Counted from the stretch's first letter, positions 45,720 through 55,241 are shown. The stretch: 64,000 nt of DNA from a virus (IMGVR_UViG_3300021426_000001), one strand, 5' to 3'. Notes: a model not told the origin generated them from the letters alone. A program made the numbers and translations.

Positions 45720-46028
45720 TCAGTTGTCGTCAGTAGTTTGACGCTGATCATCTGGAAGGACGTACTTCGTCTTCAGGGTGTCTGCTCCGAAATCTACTAT
45801 TGGAATCTGGCATCCATAGAGGGCAACGATAGAGTCTTTGTGCCTCTCTCCGAACCTCTCTAAGTCTTTCCAGAGGTCTTCGTTGCCGATCTTCTTCTCT
45901 GGCTCTATCTTAGACGGCTCGATCTTGACTGGTCCCAAGCACTTATCTAATGCTCCACTCTTGACTATCTGATCGAACTCTTCTGGTGAGCCCTCGAACT
46001 CGAACATTCCGCACTTGATCTTCATCAT
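45720..46028 (-). CDS. hypothetical protein
   Basis: 102 aa. Confidence 0.75.
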   Translation of the reverse strand: MMKIKCGMFEFEGSPEEFDQIVKSGALDKCLGPVKIEPSKIEPEKKIGNEDLWKDLERFGERHKDSIVALYGCQIPIVDFGADTLKTKYVLPDDQRQTTDDN

Positions 46029-46357
46029 TCCTCCGTAGATTCGAACTCGAACTCGATGCCGAGAGCCGTGAAATTTTCTGGATCGATCTTCAGAGCCATC
46101 TTAGAAGTCTTGAAGCAGTTTTTGCTCAGGATCTTGTTCATCTCGTTGCGGAACTTAGCAGCTCTCATGTCTGCTTCACGGTCTCTGCTTCCGAAGAGGA
46201 ACTCCCCGTGCTTAGTTACGAACTGGATGATGGCTGGATCGACGTTCTCTCTGAAGCGCGTGATCTGCCTGGACTGGCCGATAGTGCCCTCAGAGTCATC
46301 TATGATCTGTCCGTGCCATACGTGATTCCCGTCTACTGACAGTAAGTACTTAACCAT
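46025..46357 (-). CDS. hypothetical protein
   Basis: 110 aa. Confidence 0.75.
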   Translation of the reverse strand: MVKYLLSVDGNHVWHGQIIDDSEGTIGQSRQITRFRENVDPAIIQFVTKHGEFLFGSRDREADMRAAKFRNEMNKILSKNCFKTSKMALKIDPENFTALGIEFEFESTEE

Positions 46358-46901
46358 TCTTTCTCTCCTTTCGTGCTTGCTCCACGATGTCGGGCTTTGC
46401 GATCTTCAGGCATTCTCCGATGAAGTTAGAAGTCTTGATGTCGAGCTTGTTCAGATACTCGATAACCTCGCTCTCCTTCATGATCTGGATGCACGCTTCT
46501 TCGTGAACCTCTGTGTTGCTGTCGCTAGACATGCTTACGTAGGCGCTCTTGCTTTCCTCTTCGTCCTGTTCGATAGAGATCATCTTCGAGTACTTGATTG
46601 CAAACTTCTCTCTGTGCGTGAAGATGTCAGTGCACTTAAGAATTCGGAAAGTCTCGAAGGTCGGATTCTTAGTGTCAGTCTCGTGAACCCAGAGTCCGTT
46701 GATCTTGAGCCACTTTCCAGTGTAGCGCTCTTTCACCATCTCGTTGCAAGCGTTGTACAGCTTATATCTCTCCTCACTGATCTTCTTGTCGATCTTTGAA
46801 CGGACTTTCTCAAGACGCTTGATAGACTTGAGACAGTTGTTGCATATCTGCTTGTCTGTGAGCTTCTTCTTGGTAGGCTTGGTAGTTTTCGAATTCTTCA
46901 T
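46350..46901 (-). CDS. hypothetical protein
   Basis: 183 aa, GGAG RBS. Confidence 0.8.
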   Translation of the reverse strand: MKNSKTTKPTKKKLTDKQICNNCLKSIKRLEKVRSKIDKKISEERYKLYNACNEMVKERYTGKWLKINGLWVHETDTKNPTFETFRILKCTDIFTHREKFAIKYSKMISIEQDEEESKSAYVSMSSDSNTEVHEEACIQIMKESEVIEYLNKLDIKTSNFIGECLKIAKPDIVEQARKERKNG

Positions 46902-46954
46902 TTTGTTCTCCTAGTAGGATGCTGACTTCTTCTGGCTGAAGCTTAGCGAGCCAG

Positions 46955-47491
46955 TCAATTAGGCTTCTCGGACTCGTCGGATTCATTCTCGGATCCTCTG
47001 ACTGCCTTCCAGAACGAGTGCTGCATCTGCTCGAATGCGTAGTTGAACTCTCCGATTGCGCCAGACACGTCGTCATCGCTCAAGCTGAAGATGTCTTCCT
47101 TTGGAATTCTCAGCTGGTTCGTGTGATAGATCTTCGCAGTGATCTTGTCAAGGTTGCTGTCAGCGATGTGGTCCGCTACGTCTCGATATGTAGTGTCTCT
47201 GAACAGATCGAACACAGTGCCCTGCACCACGATCTCGTTGCCATACTCACGTACAACATTCTCTATGAAGACGATCTCCATGTCTTCCTCACGCTCACGC
47301 TTGTTGAGAGGACTCAATCCGCAATCCCAGAGTCGGACATGAACGATCTTGCCCTTGTACTGCTTGTTGAGCTCTTCTAGAGCGCCAGACTCTTGCCTGT
47401 TGCGGTACTCGTGTAGCTCTTTGTCTTTCTGGAGATACTGCTGGTACAGATCATCTCTCTCTTTTCTCAGTTGTGCTTCTTTCTCAGTCAT
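46955..47491 (-). CDS. hypothetical protein
   Basis: Start MTEKEAQ with GGAG RBS. Confidence 0.75.
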   Translation of the reverse strand: MTEKEAQLRKERDDLYQQYLQKDKELHEYRNRQESGALEELNKQYKGKIVHVRLWDCGLSPLNKREREEDMEIVFIENVVREYGNEIVVQGTVFDLFRDTTYRDVADHIADSNLDKITAKIYHTNQLRIPKEDIFSLSDDDVSGAIGEFNYAFEQMQHSFWKAVRGSENESDESEKPN

Positions 47492-47882
47492 GTGGTCTTT
47501 CTCCGTGTGCGAACTGGTCGAGGTACTTGACCAGCTTCTCGTCTCCGAGGTAGTTCGATTCTGGAATGCATCCAAGGAAGTTGACTAGCAGCTGACCGAA
47601 TCGCCAGTCAGGGAAGAACTCTCTGTGAAGATCTCGGAACTTGTCGTAAGTGTCAGACTTGAAGTTAACATTTCCGTCCCACTCTGGCTGCGTGCGTCCC
47701 TTAGCCCACTTTTCGACAGCTTTGAGATACTCGTCTTCTTCAGGGAAGAACGGATCTCGATTGTACTGCTTCAGGAAGTCATAGTTGAACTTCTCAAAGG
47801 TGAGATCTGGACAGTAAGTTGACTGGATCTTCTGGAGTTCCGAGTAGAATTTGTAGAGGCGATCTGGGTCACGCATTGTCAT
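47484..47882 (-). CDS. tandem-duplicated YihD/DUF1040-like phage domain
   Basis: MRDPDR...PDLTFEKF and PDWRFGQL repeats. Confidence 0.7.
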   Translation of the reverse strand: MTMRDPDRLYKFYSELQKIQSTYCPDLTFEKFNYDFLKQYNRDPFFPEEDEYLKAVEKWAKGRTQPEWDGNVNFKSDTYDKFRDLHREFFPDWRFGQLLVNFLGCIPESNYLGDEKLVKYLDQFAHGERPHD

Positions 47883-48391
47883 TCTCCATACTGCTTGTTC
47901 TGCTTTGCTTTTTCACGGTTGAGAGATTCGAAGTGGATCACGTCCCAGCCGATAGAGCCGTCAAGCCAGTCTTGATAGTTGTATTCCCATGTCTGGTACT
48001 GTTCGTAGGAGAAGTCGAGAGCCCTGATCAATAGCTTCTTGTCCTTCTTCCACTGGTGAAGGTTGTACATGTAGCCATCGCCATTTCCGTAGATGTAGCT
48101 CACAGTGTCAAACGGCTTACAGTGAATTCCAGAACAGTTGAGACGAACCTCAACATGTCGTGCGAACTCTACGACTAGTGGAACGACTGTATCTTGGAAC
48201 GGACCAAAGCCTAGACGGATGAACCATCTGTCGTCAGTCTTTTCTGGATAGTACGGGTTGTAGTAGTCTTTAGTTTTCAGATTGTCTTCTTTGTGAAGGT
48301 CGAAACGGAGCTTGTAAGTGTTGATGAGATCACAGACTTCTCGGTAAATGTCTTCGCCTGAGATCTTGCGGAAACGGTCAAAAATTCCCAT
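47879..48391 (-). CDS. hypothetical protein
   Basis: 170 aa. Confidence 0.8.
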   Translation of the reverse strand: MGIFDRFRKISGEDIYREVCDLINTYKLRFDLHKEDNLKTKDYYNPYYPEKTDDRWFIRLGFGPFQDTVVPLVVEFARHVEVRLNCSGIHCKPFDTVSYIYGNGDGYMYNLHQWKKDKKLLIRALDFSYEQYQTWEYNYQDWLDGSIGWDVIHFESLNREKAKQNKQYGE

Positions 48392-48420
48392 TTTCAGTTC
48401 CTTTGTGTAAGTTTGATGTA

Positions 48421-48460
48421 AAAATAAGAAATTCCGTCCGAGTTGTAAACCCAGACGGAA
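48421..48460 (-). promoter_or_regulatory. early promoter within stem-loop
   Basis: TTTACA-N17-TATTTT; TTCCGTC/GACGGAA. Confidence 0.7.
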
Positions 48461-48466
48461 GAGTTT

Positions 48467-49027
48467 TTAGAATCCGTGGCCCTCGAAACACTCGAGCCAC
48501 TCTTGGTTGTCTGGATCTTTTGCAGTCTCCTCGCTGACTTCGAGGTTGCCGAGCCATTCTCTCAACATATCTTCAGTCGGAGGATTGTCGAATCCGAACT
48601 TGTCGAAGTCGTAGCAGCGGTCCACGTCTTCCTTGAGGTCTCCGTTGACAAAAGACAGCAACTTGTCGCAGAGGAGATCGAAGTGATAGCAGTCCTTGAG
48701 CTTGATGTTCATCTTCGGATCTGGCTGGTAGTCCATACGTGCTGGATCCCTGTAGTCGAACGGGAGTAGATCTTCGTTCGTTACGAAGTAACCCCAAGAC
48801 ATCGTGTCGTTGAACCTGTTACCGCTAGACTCGTAGCAGCAGCGAGTGTAGTGGCCTTCCCAGAAGAACACGCGATTCACGAGTGGCTGTTCCTGCTTCG
48901 CTTTGATCTTGTCCTGTTCCTGTTTCACGTAGCGAGGCTGGCACCATTCGCCGCATTCCTCGTAGAGTCCCTTCTCTTTTAAGAAGGCGATGAGATTTTC
49001 TTTAGTTAGTGCTTGTTCAGAGAACAT
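48467..49027 (-). CDS. hypothetical protein
   Basis: 186 aa. Confidence 0.8.
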   Translation of the reverse strand: MFSEQALTKENLIAFLKEKGLYEECGEWCQPRYVKQEQDKIKAKQEQPLVNRVFFWEGHYTRCCYESSGNRFNDTMSWGYFVTNEDLLPFDYRDPARMDYQPDPKMNIKLKDCYHFDLLCDKLLSFVNGDLKEDVDRCYDFDKFGFDNPPTEDMLREWLGNLEVSEETAKDPDNQEWLECFEGHGF

Positions 49028-49039
49028 TTTGAGTTTCCT

Positions 49040-50338
49040 TTAGATAGAGTAGTTCGGGTTCTTCACTTTGAATGACACGTTGTAGTCGTCTCTGAGACGG
49101 AGAACGAAGCCCTCACGCTTGTGAGACAAGTTCTTTCCGAAGCAGGTGTTCTTGTCGGACTGCTGGAGCATGATGTCCACGCCAGTGACCTTGACGCCCT
49201 TGTCGTTGATCATCTCGCCAGGCAGCTTGTAGTGCTCGTCGAGAACTGGAACGAACTTCAGATCGTGCTCAGCAGCGAACTTGACAGACTGCTCGTAGTT
49301 GAGCTTGTTCCATCTGACCTTCCACTTCTTGCCGTTCGTGGTGTCGAGGTACTTCTCCTTCCAGTAGAAGTCGAAGAAGATTACATCCGTCTCGTCCAGC
49401 TTGTATATGTTCCCCTGGATGCCCGGACCCACGTGCTCGCCACGGCAGAACCACTCGCCCGGAATAGCCTCGATCTTCTTGTCTAGACCGAGTCTCTTCA
49501 CAGTGTCCCAGAAGTTCTTGCCAGTCCCCTTCGGGTTGAGCTCACGGGTGCGAGAGCAGACGCCGACGTGCTTCTTCTTGCGTCCGAAGATCCCTTTCTT
49601 CTTCATCTCTGTGAAGATGGTGATGTTCTGACCCTCGAGCTTCTCGGTAGCTACCCACTCTCTGTCCTTGTACTGCTCGTACATTCTCGTGTAGAGCTTC
49701 TGGACGTTCTCTTCGTCAGACTTGCCAGGGTGAGTCGGATCCCATGTTTCTGAGATGTGACGAGACTTTCTGAGGTTTCTGAACCACTTGAATCTCATCA
49801 GGAATCGGAGAATGAAGCCGTCTCTCGAGGTGTCAAGCTTCTGAGCTGCGAGACCAGCCTCCTCTTCGTCCTCGACCATCTCCCTTATCTCGAACTGAGC
49901 AGTGAAGTCCTGACCGAGCTTATACTTAGTCAGACCGACGTCCTCGGGCTTGAATAGAATGCCCTGAGAGATAACGCCGAACTTGCTTAGCTTCATAGAC
50001 TTGATCTTGAACTTCTTTCCGCGCAAGAACTCGAAGTACGGGTACTTGTGCATGTCCATAATCGTCTTGACAGCAGCGTGGATAGACTCCTCAGACCAAG
50101 AAGCATATTCGCCGTCGTGCTGAGAGAGCTTGACGAGCTTGTCTGCTAGATCTGGAGTCAGTCCGTCAGGCAGAACAGAGTCTACCTCGACATAGAGACC
50201 GAGATCTCCAGGCTTGAACTCGTTCTTCTTCACGACTACAGTGTAGTCCATGACGGATGCGAGTTCGATTCTGTCGGCGCCAGGAATCTCCCTGATCTCG
50301 CCGATCTTTACGATGTAAGCTAATGGCTTTCCATACAT
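49040..50338 (-). CDS. RNA ligase, Rnl2/DRB0094 type with N-terminal OB-like domain
   Basis: IPGADRIELA; TEKLEG; RGEHVGPGIQGNIY; FFDF; REGFV; SFKVKN. Confidence 0.9.
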   Translation of the reverse strand: MYGKPLAYIVKIGEIREIPGADRIELASVMDYTVVVKKNEFKPGDLGLYVEVDSVLPDGLTPDLADKLVKLSQHDGEYASWSEESIHAAVKTIMDMHKYPYFEFLRGKKFKIKSMKLSKFGVISQGILFKPEDVGLTKYKLGQDFTAQFEIREMVEDEEEAGLAAQKLDTSRDGFILRFLMRFKWFRNLRKSRHISETWDPTHPGKSDEENVQKLYTRMYEQYKDREWVATEKLEGQNITIFTEMKKKGIFGRKKKHVGVCSRTRELNPKGTGKNFWDTVKRLGLDKKIEAIPGEWFCRGEHVGPGIQGNIYKLDETDVIFFDFYWKEKYLDTTNGKKWKVRWNKLNYEQSVKFAAEHDLKFVPVLDEHYKLPGEMINDKGVKVTGVDIMLQQSDKNTCFGKNLSHKREGFVLRLRDDYNVSFKVKNPNYSI

Positions 50339-50341
50339 AGT

Positions 50342-50623
50342 TTATCTTTCCTCTACTAGTTCTAGTTTAGATGTGTAAGTCAAAAGTCTGATCTTGTCGC
50401 AGCCTTTCTTCTCTGTTTTGATTCTCTTCTCAGCCCAGGACTTCATGCTGTAGTGTGTGCCCTCGTGAGGACTGTCCTTCCACTTGTAGCCCTTTCCAGA
50501 GCAATAGTACTTGACCTTGTCGCCATAACCCTTCGGTGTAGCTTCGATCACGTAGAATGTGAATCCGTTTCTCTCAGCCATCAGTGGCACTCCATCCTTT
50601 CGATTATCCAGTTGTTCACTCAT
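50342..50623 (-). CDS. small protein, family B
   Basis: FYVI...YY...W...THYSMKSWA. Confidence 0.7.
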   Translation of the reverse strand: MSEQLDNRKDGVPLMAERNGFTFYVIEATPKGYGDKVKYYCSGKGYKWKDSPHEGTHYSMKSWAEKRIKTEKKGCDKIRLLTYTSKLELVEER

Positions 50624-51095
50624 TTGGCTTTCCCACCTCTATTGTCAGTAGACAGTGCTCTTTCTTAGTCTTAGACGACTGTCTCTGAAGCTCGTTGTAC
50701 TTGTCGGGAATTCCGAGCTTAGTCTGAACTTCCCTCTCGATCCACGGCATCACGTAGGATTCTCCATTGATGACGATGTATGCGATGTCTCTTCTCATTC
50801 TGAGCTCGTTGATGGCCTCGCAGCCGTCATCCCAGACAGTTACATCTCCATCTACCGTTCTAGGCGTGTGAGAGAAGCACTTGACTTCCTCCAGATCGAC
50901 CGTCATGGTGAAGAACTTGACTTTGTGACCGTGCAGGAGATCCTTTCTGTTCGGATCGAATGAGAAGGTCTCGCCATCTGTCTCGAACCAGAGATTCTTG
51001 ATAGCCCAGTAGTCTACCTTGACGGTGACCGGGTCATTGAAGACGATCTCGATGTGCTGGTCGTGGATCTCGATAGTCTTCATTCTTAGCTCCAC
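50616..51095 (-). CDS. hypothetical protein
   Basis: 159 aa. Confidence 0.75.
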   Translation of the reverse strand: MELRMKTIEIHDQHIEIVFNDPVTVKVDYWAIKNLWFETDGETFSFDPNRKDLLHGHKVKFFTMTVDLEEVKCFSHTPRTVDGDVTVWDDGCEAINELRMRRDIAYIVINGESYVMPWIEREVQTKLGIPDKYNELQRQSSKTKKEHCLLTIEVGKPNE

Positions 51096-51250
51096 ATCAG
51101 CTCGTTCATCTTGTTGAACACAGCTTCGACTGACTGTCCCTTAGCCCACTCTAGCGATGCACGGTCCTGCGTGAAGTTTCTCACTTGCTGGCTCATCATC
51201 ATGAGCTGCTCTGGCACTAGAAAGTCTCCATCTTTACACTGAATCTTCAT
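51086..51250 (-). CDS. small hypothetical protein
   Basis: Start MKIQCK; TATAAATA at 51278-51285 may drive it. Confidence 0.6.
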   Translation of the reverse strand: MKIQCKDGDFLVPEQLMMMSQQVRNFTQDRASLEWAKGQSVEAVFNKMNELMWS

Positions 51251-51818
51251 CTTTCTTTTCCTCTTTTGATTCGTCACTATTTATAGATGCCTTGGCCTCA
51301 GCGACGATGACAGAGAGCTCATCGCTGGCAGCTAGAAGATACTTGGCTTCCTCCTGCAGGCTCTCGATGCGCTCATTGCACTTGTCGATGTCGAGGACAG
51401 CGCCAGCCCTCTCCAGCATCTTAGCGATCCATTCGCCAGACTTCTCGAAGTCGATCTCCTTGAAAGACTCCATCTTCTCTTGAGCGTAGACTGCGTCAAT
51501 TCCGCACTCGCGTTCAGGAATGTATGCGTCCACTCTGTATGATTTCAGCACCTTTCCCGACCAGTAGTCTTCGTGCTCGTCGAAGTCCTCGACTAGCTTA
51601 ATTCCAGACATTGATTCTCTCATGTAGTCGATCAGATCGTCGGATGCGAAGTTGTGGTCTCCGTGGTAATTGTCGTATTTCCTCTTGTCTTCTGGACTTT
51701 CGATCATCTTTGGAAACTTATACCACAGGTTGAAGCGGTAGTTGCTGTTTCCGATCTTCGGATAGTCGCCACGGTCTGGCACATTTTCTGGTTCTGGAAT
51801 TACGTCAAATTTTTCCAT
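51234..51818 (-). CDS. hypothetical protein
   Basis: 194 aa. Confidence 0.8.
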   Translation of the reverse strand: MEKFDVIPEPENVPDRGDYPKIGNSNYRFNLWYKFPKMIESPEDKRKYDNYHGDHNFASDDLIDYMRESMSGIKLVEDFDEHEDYWSGKVLKSYRVDAYIPERECGIDAVYAQEKMESFKEIDFEKSGEWIAKMLERAGAVLDIDKCNERIESLQEEAKYLLAASDELSVIVAEAKASINSDESKEEKKDEDSV

Positions 51819-52061
51819 TTATCCCTCTCGTTGTATAACTTCTTCTAGTGTCTTTGGCTCTTCTAACACTTCAATCTCGTCTTCGGGACGAATTTTGATC
51901 TTTCCCCACGTACCGTAGAGATCGCCTATGCCTCCAATGGAAGTGACCCGGCCAGTCTTTCCTATGAACTTCGCTTCGTAGGCGAAGATCTTTCCGTCAC
52001 TGTCTGATTTGAATCCGAGAATCCTGATAGTGTCGCCAACTTTTGGATTATAAATGCGCAT
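51819..52061 (-). CDS. small SH3-like/DUF4314-like protein
   Basis: KVGDTIRI...GKTGRVTSI..GDLYGTWG. Confidence 0.7.
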   Translation of the reverse strand: MRIYNPKVGDTIRILGFKSDSDGKIFAYEAKFIGKTGRVTSIGGIGDLYGTWGKIKIRPEDEIEVLEEPKTLEEVIQREG

Positions 52062-52356
52062 TGATTGCCTCCATCTGGTTCATAGCCGTGTCGACTATGG
52101 TAGAAGCGTCTGCCAGAGAGCAGATCTGTAGCTCTTGAAGAGTCATTTTCTGAGGCACTCCGTCGAGCCAAGCGTTGAGACTGAGATCCTGAAGTCGGTT
52201 AGCGATCTTCGTGCAGAACTCGTCGTATGCTATGTCTAGCTCTTCTACGCTAGAGTTCGGATCATGCTTCATCGTATAGAATGTAGCCAAGTCTTCCCTG
52301 AACTGATCAATGTACTTGGCAGTGTCGAGACTATACGGCTTCGGAAAATACTTCAT
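52048..52356 (-). CDS. hypothetical protein
   Basis: 102 aa downstream of promoter. Confidence 0.75.
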   Translation of the reverse strand: MKYFPKPYSLDTAKYIDQFREDLATFYTMKHDPNSSVEELDIAYDEFCTKIANRLQDLSLNAWLDGVPQKMTLQELQICSLADASTIVDTAMNQMEAINAHL

Positions 52357-52393
52357 CTATATCTCCATATTGAAGTTTAACGGTTACATATAG

Positions 52394-52422
52394 AATATAG
52401 GATTTCGAAGCGATTTTGTAAA
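52394..52422 (-). promoter_or_regulatory. early promoter
   Basis: TTTACA-N17-TATATT. Confidence 0.8.
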
Positions 52423-52440
52423 CCCGAAAACTGAAAAATA

Positions 52441-52974
52441 TTATAGTTCCTTGCAGTTGTCGCGAATGCAGAAGTTTATGAGTCCATCTGATGTGTTCTC
52501 TCGCTTGCACTTCTTGATGCACTGTTCTCTAGATGGGCTGGACTCTTCTCTGCTAGAACCGCTCTTAGTTTCAATTTTAGAGCTGATTGCAGACGCTTCG
52601 CCCTGTGGGAGTACCAAGTACACAGTGTCGCGCTTTTCGACGTATACAGTGTCTTTACGGACCGTCTGGCGCCCCTTTGCTTCATCCAGTATCGCAGCGA
52701 TCTTCGCGATCGGAATGTTCTGAGAGTGTCTGCCAGAGCAGTAGCTCTCGTCTCCGCCGCATACTGTGATCACTGCGGTCTTCAGATCACGGTCGTTGCA
52801 CTTATCGGGATGTGAGAGACATGCTCTGAGATAGAGATCCCAGTCTTCCGCTTTGCATTTTTCCATGTCAGACGCGCACTTCATACCGAAGAGCTTTGGA
52901 ACTGCTACGGCAGCTAGAATGAGGATGATTACGATGACTACCATGAGTTCGATCAGTGTAAATCCCTTTTTCAT
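52441..52974 (-). CDS. type IV prepilin-like protein with Cys-rich body
   Basis: MKKG|FTLIELMVVIVIILILAAVAVPKLFGM N-methylation motif. Confidence 0.9.
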   Translation of the reverse strand: MKKGFTLIELMVVIVIILILAAVAVPKLFGMKCASDMEKCKAEDWDLYLRACLSHPDKCNDRDLKTAVITVCGGDESYCSGRHSQNIPIAKIAAILDEAKGRQTVRKDTVYVEKRDTVYLVLPQGEASAISSKIETKSGSSREESSPSREQCIKKCKRENTSDGLINFCIRDNCKEL

Positions 52975-53324
52975 TATTTCTCCTTGCATAGTATTTCAAT
53001 GCACTTGTCGATGTCGGATTTGATGTAGTGGGTAGACTTGCATGTCTCTTCGCAGTTCTCGTCGATCAAGACCTCATCGAACAACGTCGGATCAGACGGA
53101 ACGGCTCTAAGAGATCTGCCGTTGGTTCTAGACTCGTACTTCTTCGGAGGGATGTTCTCACGAACCTTGACTCTTTCCTGGATCTGATTTCTCTCTTGCT
53201 TCTCCAGGAGAGCAGCAATTCTGTCAAGCGTCTGCTCGATGTGGCGTAGCTTATCCATGCACAGCATGTCGCAGCTGTATGAGCTCACGACGACTGCGAA
53301 GACTATCATCATCAACTTCTTCAT
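52974..53324 (-). CDS. secreted Cys-containing protein
   Basis: Signal peptide; CEETC...C..ILC tail like the pilin's tail. Confidence 0.7.
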   Translation of the reverse strand: MKKLMMIVFAVVVSSYSCDMLCMDKLRHIEQTLDRIAALLEKQERNQIQERVKVRENIPPKKYESRTNGRSLRAVPSDPTLFDEVLIDENCEETCKSTHYIKSDIDKCIEILCKEK

Positions 53325-53328
53325 GTCC

Positions 53329-53598
53329 CTATCTCCTTCCGATGATGTTCTTTATGAATATTCCAGACAAGAGCACTGTGAAGAATCCTAGGATCCAGAT
53401 AGCGCCCATGTAAGAAGAGTCGACTGGCTTGTGCGGATCTACTACGAATGTCGTCTTCGTAGGAACCTGGATCTCTGCCATAGAAGAGTATGTGTAAGCG
53501 GGAAGGTTCAGCTGCTTCGGTTTGCTGTCGTGGATCTCTACGTCGTCCTTGAATACTGGCAGCTTTGAGAGGTGAAACTCGAACGTCTCTTGTTCCAT
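53329..53598 (-). CDS. C-terminally anchored membrane protein
   Basis: C-terminal TM. Confidence 0.7.
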   Translation of the reverse strand: MEQETFEFHLSKLPVFKDDVEIHDSKPKQLNLPAYTYSSMAEIQVPTKTTFVVDPHKPVDSSYMGAIWILGFFTVLLSGIFIKNIIGRR

Positions 53599-53630
53599 TT
53601 TGTCTCCTATTGTCTCCTAGTTTGTTTTGA

Positions 53631-53676
53631 AATATAGAAAAAAGAGGAAGCGCTTGAAAATTATAGCAGCTTCCTC
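53631..53676 (-). terminator. terminator hairpin containing a promoter variant
   Basis: GAGGAAGC/GCTTCCTC plus T-run on minus; TTTCAA-N17-TATATT. Confidence 0.75.
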
Positions 53677-53679
53677 GGT

Positions 53680-53855
53680 AAGTATTATCTCCGCGTCTAT
53701 CGGAAGACCATTGGCTGGTCGCGATAGACCATTGGGGCGGAGTTTGTCACCTTAGCAGCTCCCAACGCTGCGGGTGGACTAGTTCGCTTATTTCGTTTCT
53801 GAGCCTTCTCAGGGCTCGGTCCTGTAGCACTAACTGGGGCTACGACCGGTCTGGA
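53680..53855 (-). ncRNA. candidate structured RNA downstream of SPFH gene
   Basis: GC-rich, no ORF in track; four stem-loops and a possible pseudoknot; strand inferred from context. Confidence 0.45.
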
Positions 53856-53858
53856 ATC

Positions 53859-55139
53859 TCACTTGGAGGAGAGCTTGTTGGTGATCTCCATTAGCATGTT
53901 GAGACCAACAGCGTCCATAGCGTTTGCGCCCTTAGAGTCGGATCCGTTGAGCATGATTTCAGGTACGAGCGGATGAGCGGAGTTAGCGAGAGCCTGAGCC
54001 ACGCCGACCTTAGTCTTATATTCCCATTCAGCTCTTTCTTGCGGAGTAAGACCAGCTCTTACGAGTGCCATGTTAGCAGCAGCTTCTGCTTCCTTTTCGG
54101 CCTTGATCTTCTTAGCGACTTCGTTTGCTCTCTTAGCTTCGTATTGTGCCACTTCGAAGTCCTTCTGAGCTTGTAAGACTGCCACTTCCTTTTCCTTCTC
54201 AGCGATTGTAGTCGCCTTGATCTTTTCCACGAGCTGTTGTGCCTGTTCACGTGCTACGTCTGCCTTGCCCTTTTCACGAGCGGTGATAGCTTCCTGCTTA
54301 GCAGCTTCAGCTTCTGTAGCCTTGGAGACACGTTCCATTTCTCTCTTCTTTACCACGTCCAACTGATCCTGAGCGATCTTGTCTAGCTTGACCTTCTGAA
54401 TGACGCACTGAGTGATCTGGATGCCTGCCTTAGTGAGAGCAGACGGCTTCAAGATGATGCGGCGGCCGTTAGTGTCGAGCTTGAGCTTCGTGATCGTATA
54501 TTCTTGGTATTCAGCCTTCTTAATGACCTTTCCATTCGAGTCGAGTTCATCTGGGCCTGTCGGTTCCTTGATGACGTTAGTCTGTGTGAGGTATTCACCT
54601 TCAACGACCTGGTCATTGAACATGCGGTTCATTTCAGCGAACTTAGTGACCTTTGCCTCTTCTGCTGTGTATAGCGGAGCAGTCTTACGGACAGCGGATA
54701 GCACTTCGTTTCTCACGAGGTTGTGCTTGATGTTCTTAGAGCTGCCGTAGATTCGATGTAGCGCTAGGAGCTTTTCGCAGTCTGTTGGAAGTTCATAGAG
54801 AACGTAGCCTGACATAGAAGCGCCAGCGTTTCGAGACAGAGTCACGTCGACATCGTCTTCGTCAGTGTCATCGCCTTCCCAGCCCTCACCACGGACCTTT
54901 TCCGTAGATGAGTTGAAGTAGAACGCCTTAGCACGTTCGTAAACGTAGATGTCTGCGAAGCCCTTGACGTACCAGCCCTGACCTTCTACGCAGCTCATGG
55001 TTCCGAACGGGCTCTGCTTGATGATGAGCTCGGTCGAGTTCTTGTGACCCACGAGCATGTTGAAGAGGATGATTCCCAGGATGATGGTGGCCACGAGAGC
55101 GCCAGCGATAATCTTGGTCTTTGTGGAAAGATTTTCCAT
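53859..55139 (-). CDS. SPFH/band-7 membrane protein
   Basis: N-terminal TM, SPFH core, Ala/Glu/Lys coiled coil, LVPEIM tail. Confidence 0.85.
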   Translation of the reverse strand: MENLSTKTKIIAGALVATIILGIILFNMLVGHKNSTELIIKQSPFGTMSCVEGQGWYVKGFADIYVYERAKAFYFNSSTEKVRGEGWEGDDTDEDDVDVTLSRNAGASMSGYVLYELPTDCEKLLALHRIYGSSKNIKHNLVRNEVLSAVRKTAPLYTAEEAKVTKFAEMNRMFNDQVVEGEYLTQTNVIKEPTGPDELDSNGKVIKKAEYQEYTITKLKLDTNGRRIILKPSALTKAGIQITQCVIQKVKLDKIAQDQLDVVKKREMERVSKATEAEAAKQEAITAREKGKADVAREQAQQLVEKIKATTIAEKEKEVAVLQAQKDFEVAQYEAKRANEVAKKIKAEKEAEAAANMALVRAGLTPQERAEWEYKTKVGVAQALANSAHPLVPEIMLNGSDSKGANAMDAVGLNMLMEITNKLSSK

Positions 55140-55241
55140 TGAGTTATCTCCTTGTTAAGAGTTTGAGGTTTGTTGAATTTGATGAAGTAAACTTAGATAT
55201 TTTTCTCGGTTTCTAAATATCCCAAGTATGTAAAGTTTTTG

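Noticed and set aside
53790-53820. Hammerhead ribozyme
   Set aside because: CTGAGAA...GAAAC does not match the CUGANGA core, and stems I/III could not be built
55190-55217. Early promoter upstream of SPFH
   Set aside because: TTTAGA-N16-TAAGTT deviates in both spacing and -10; too weak to call
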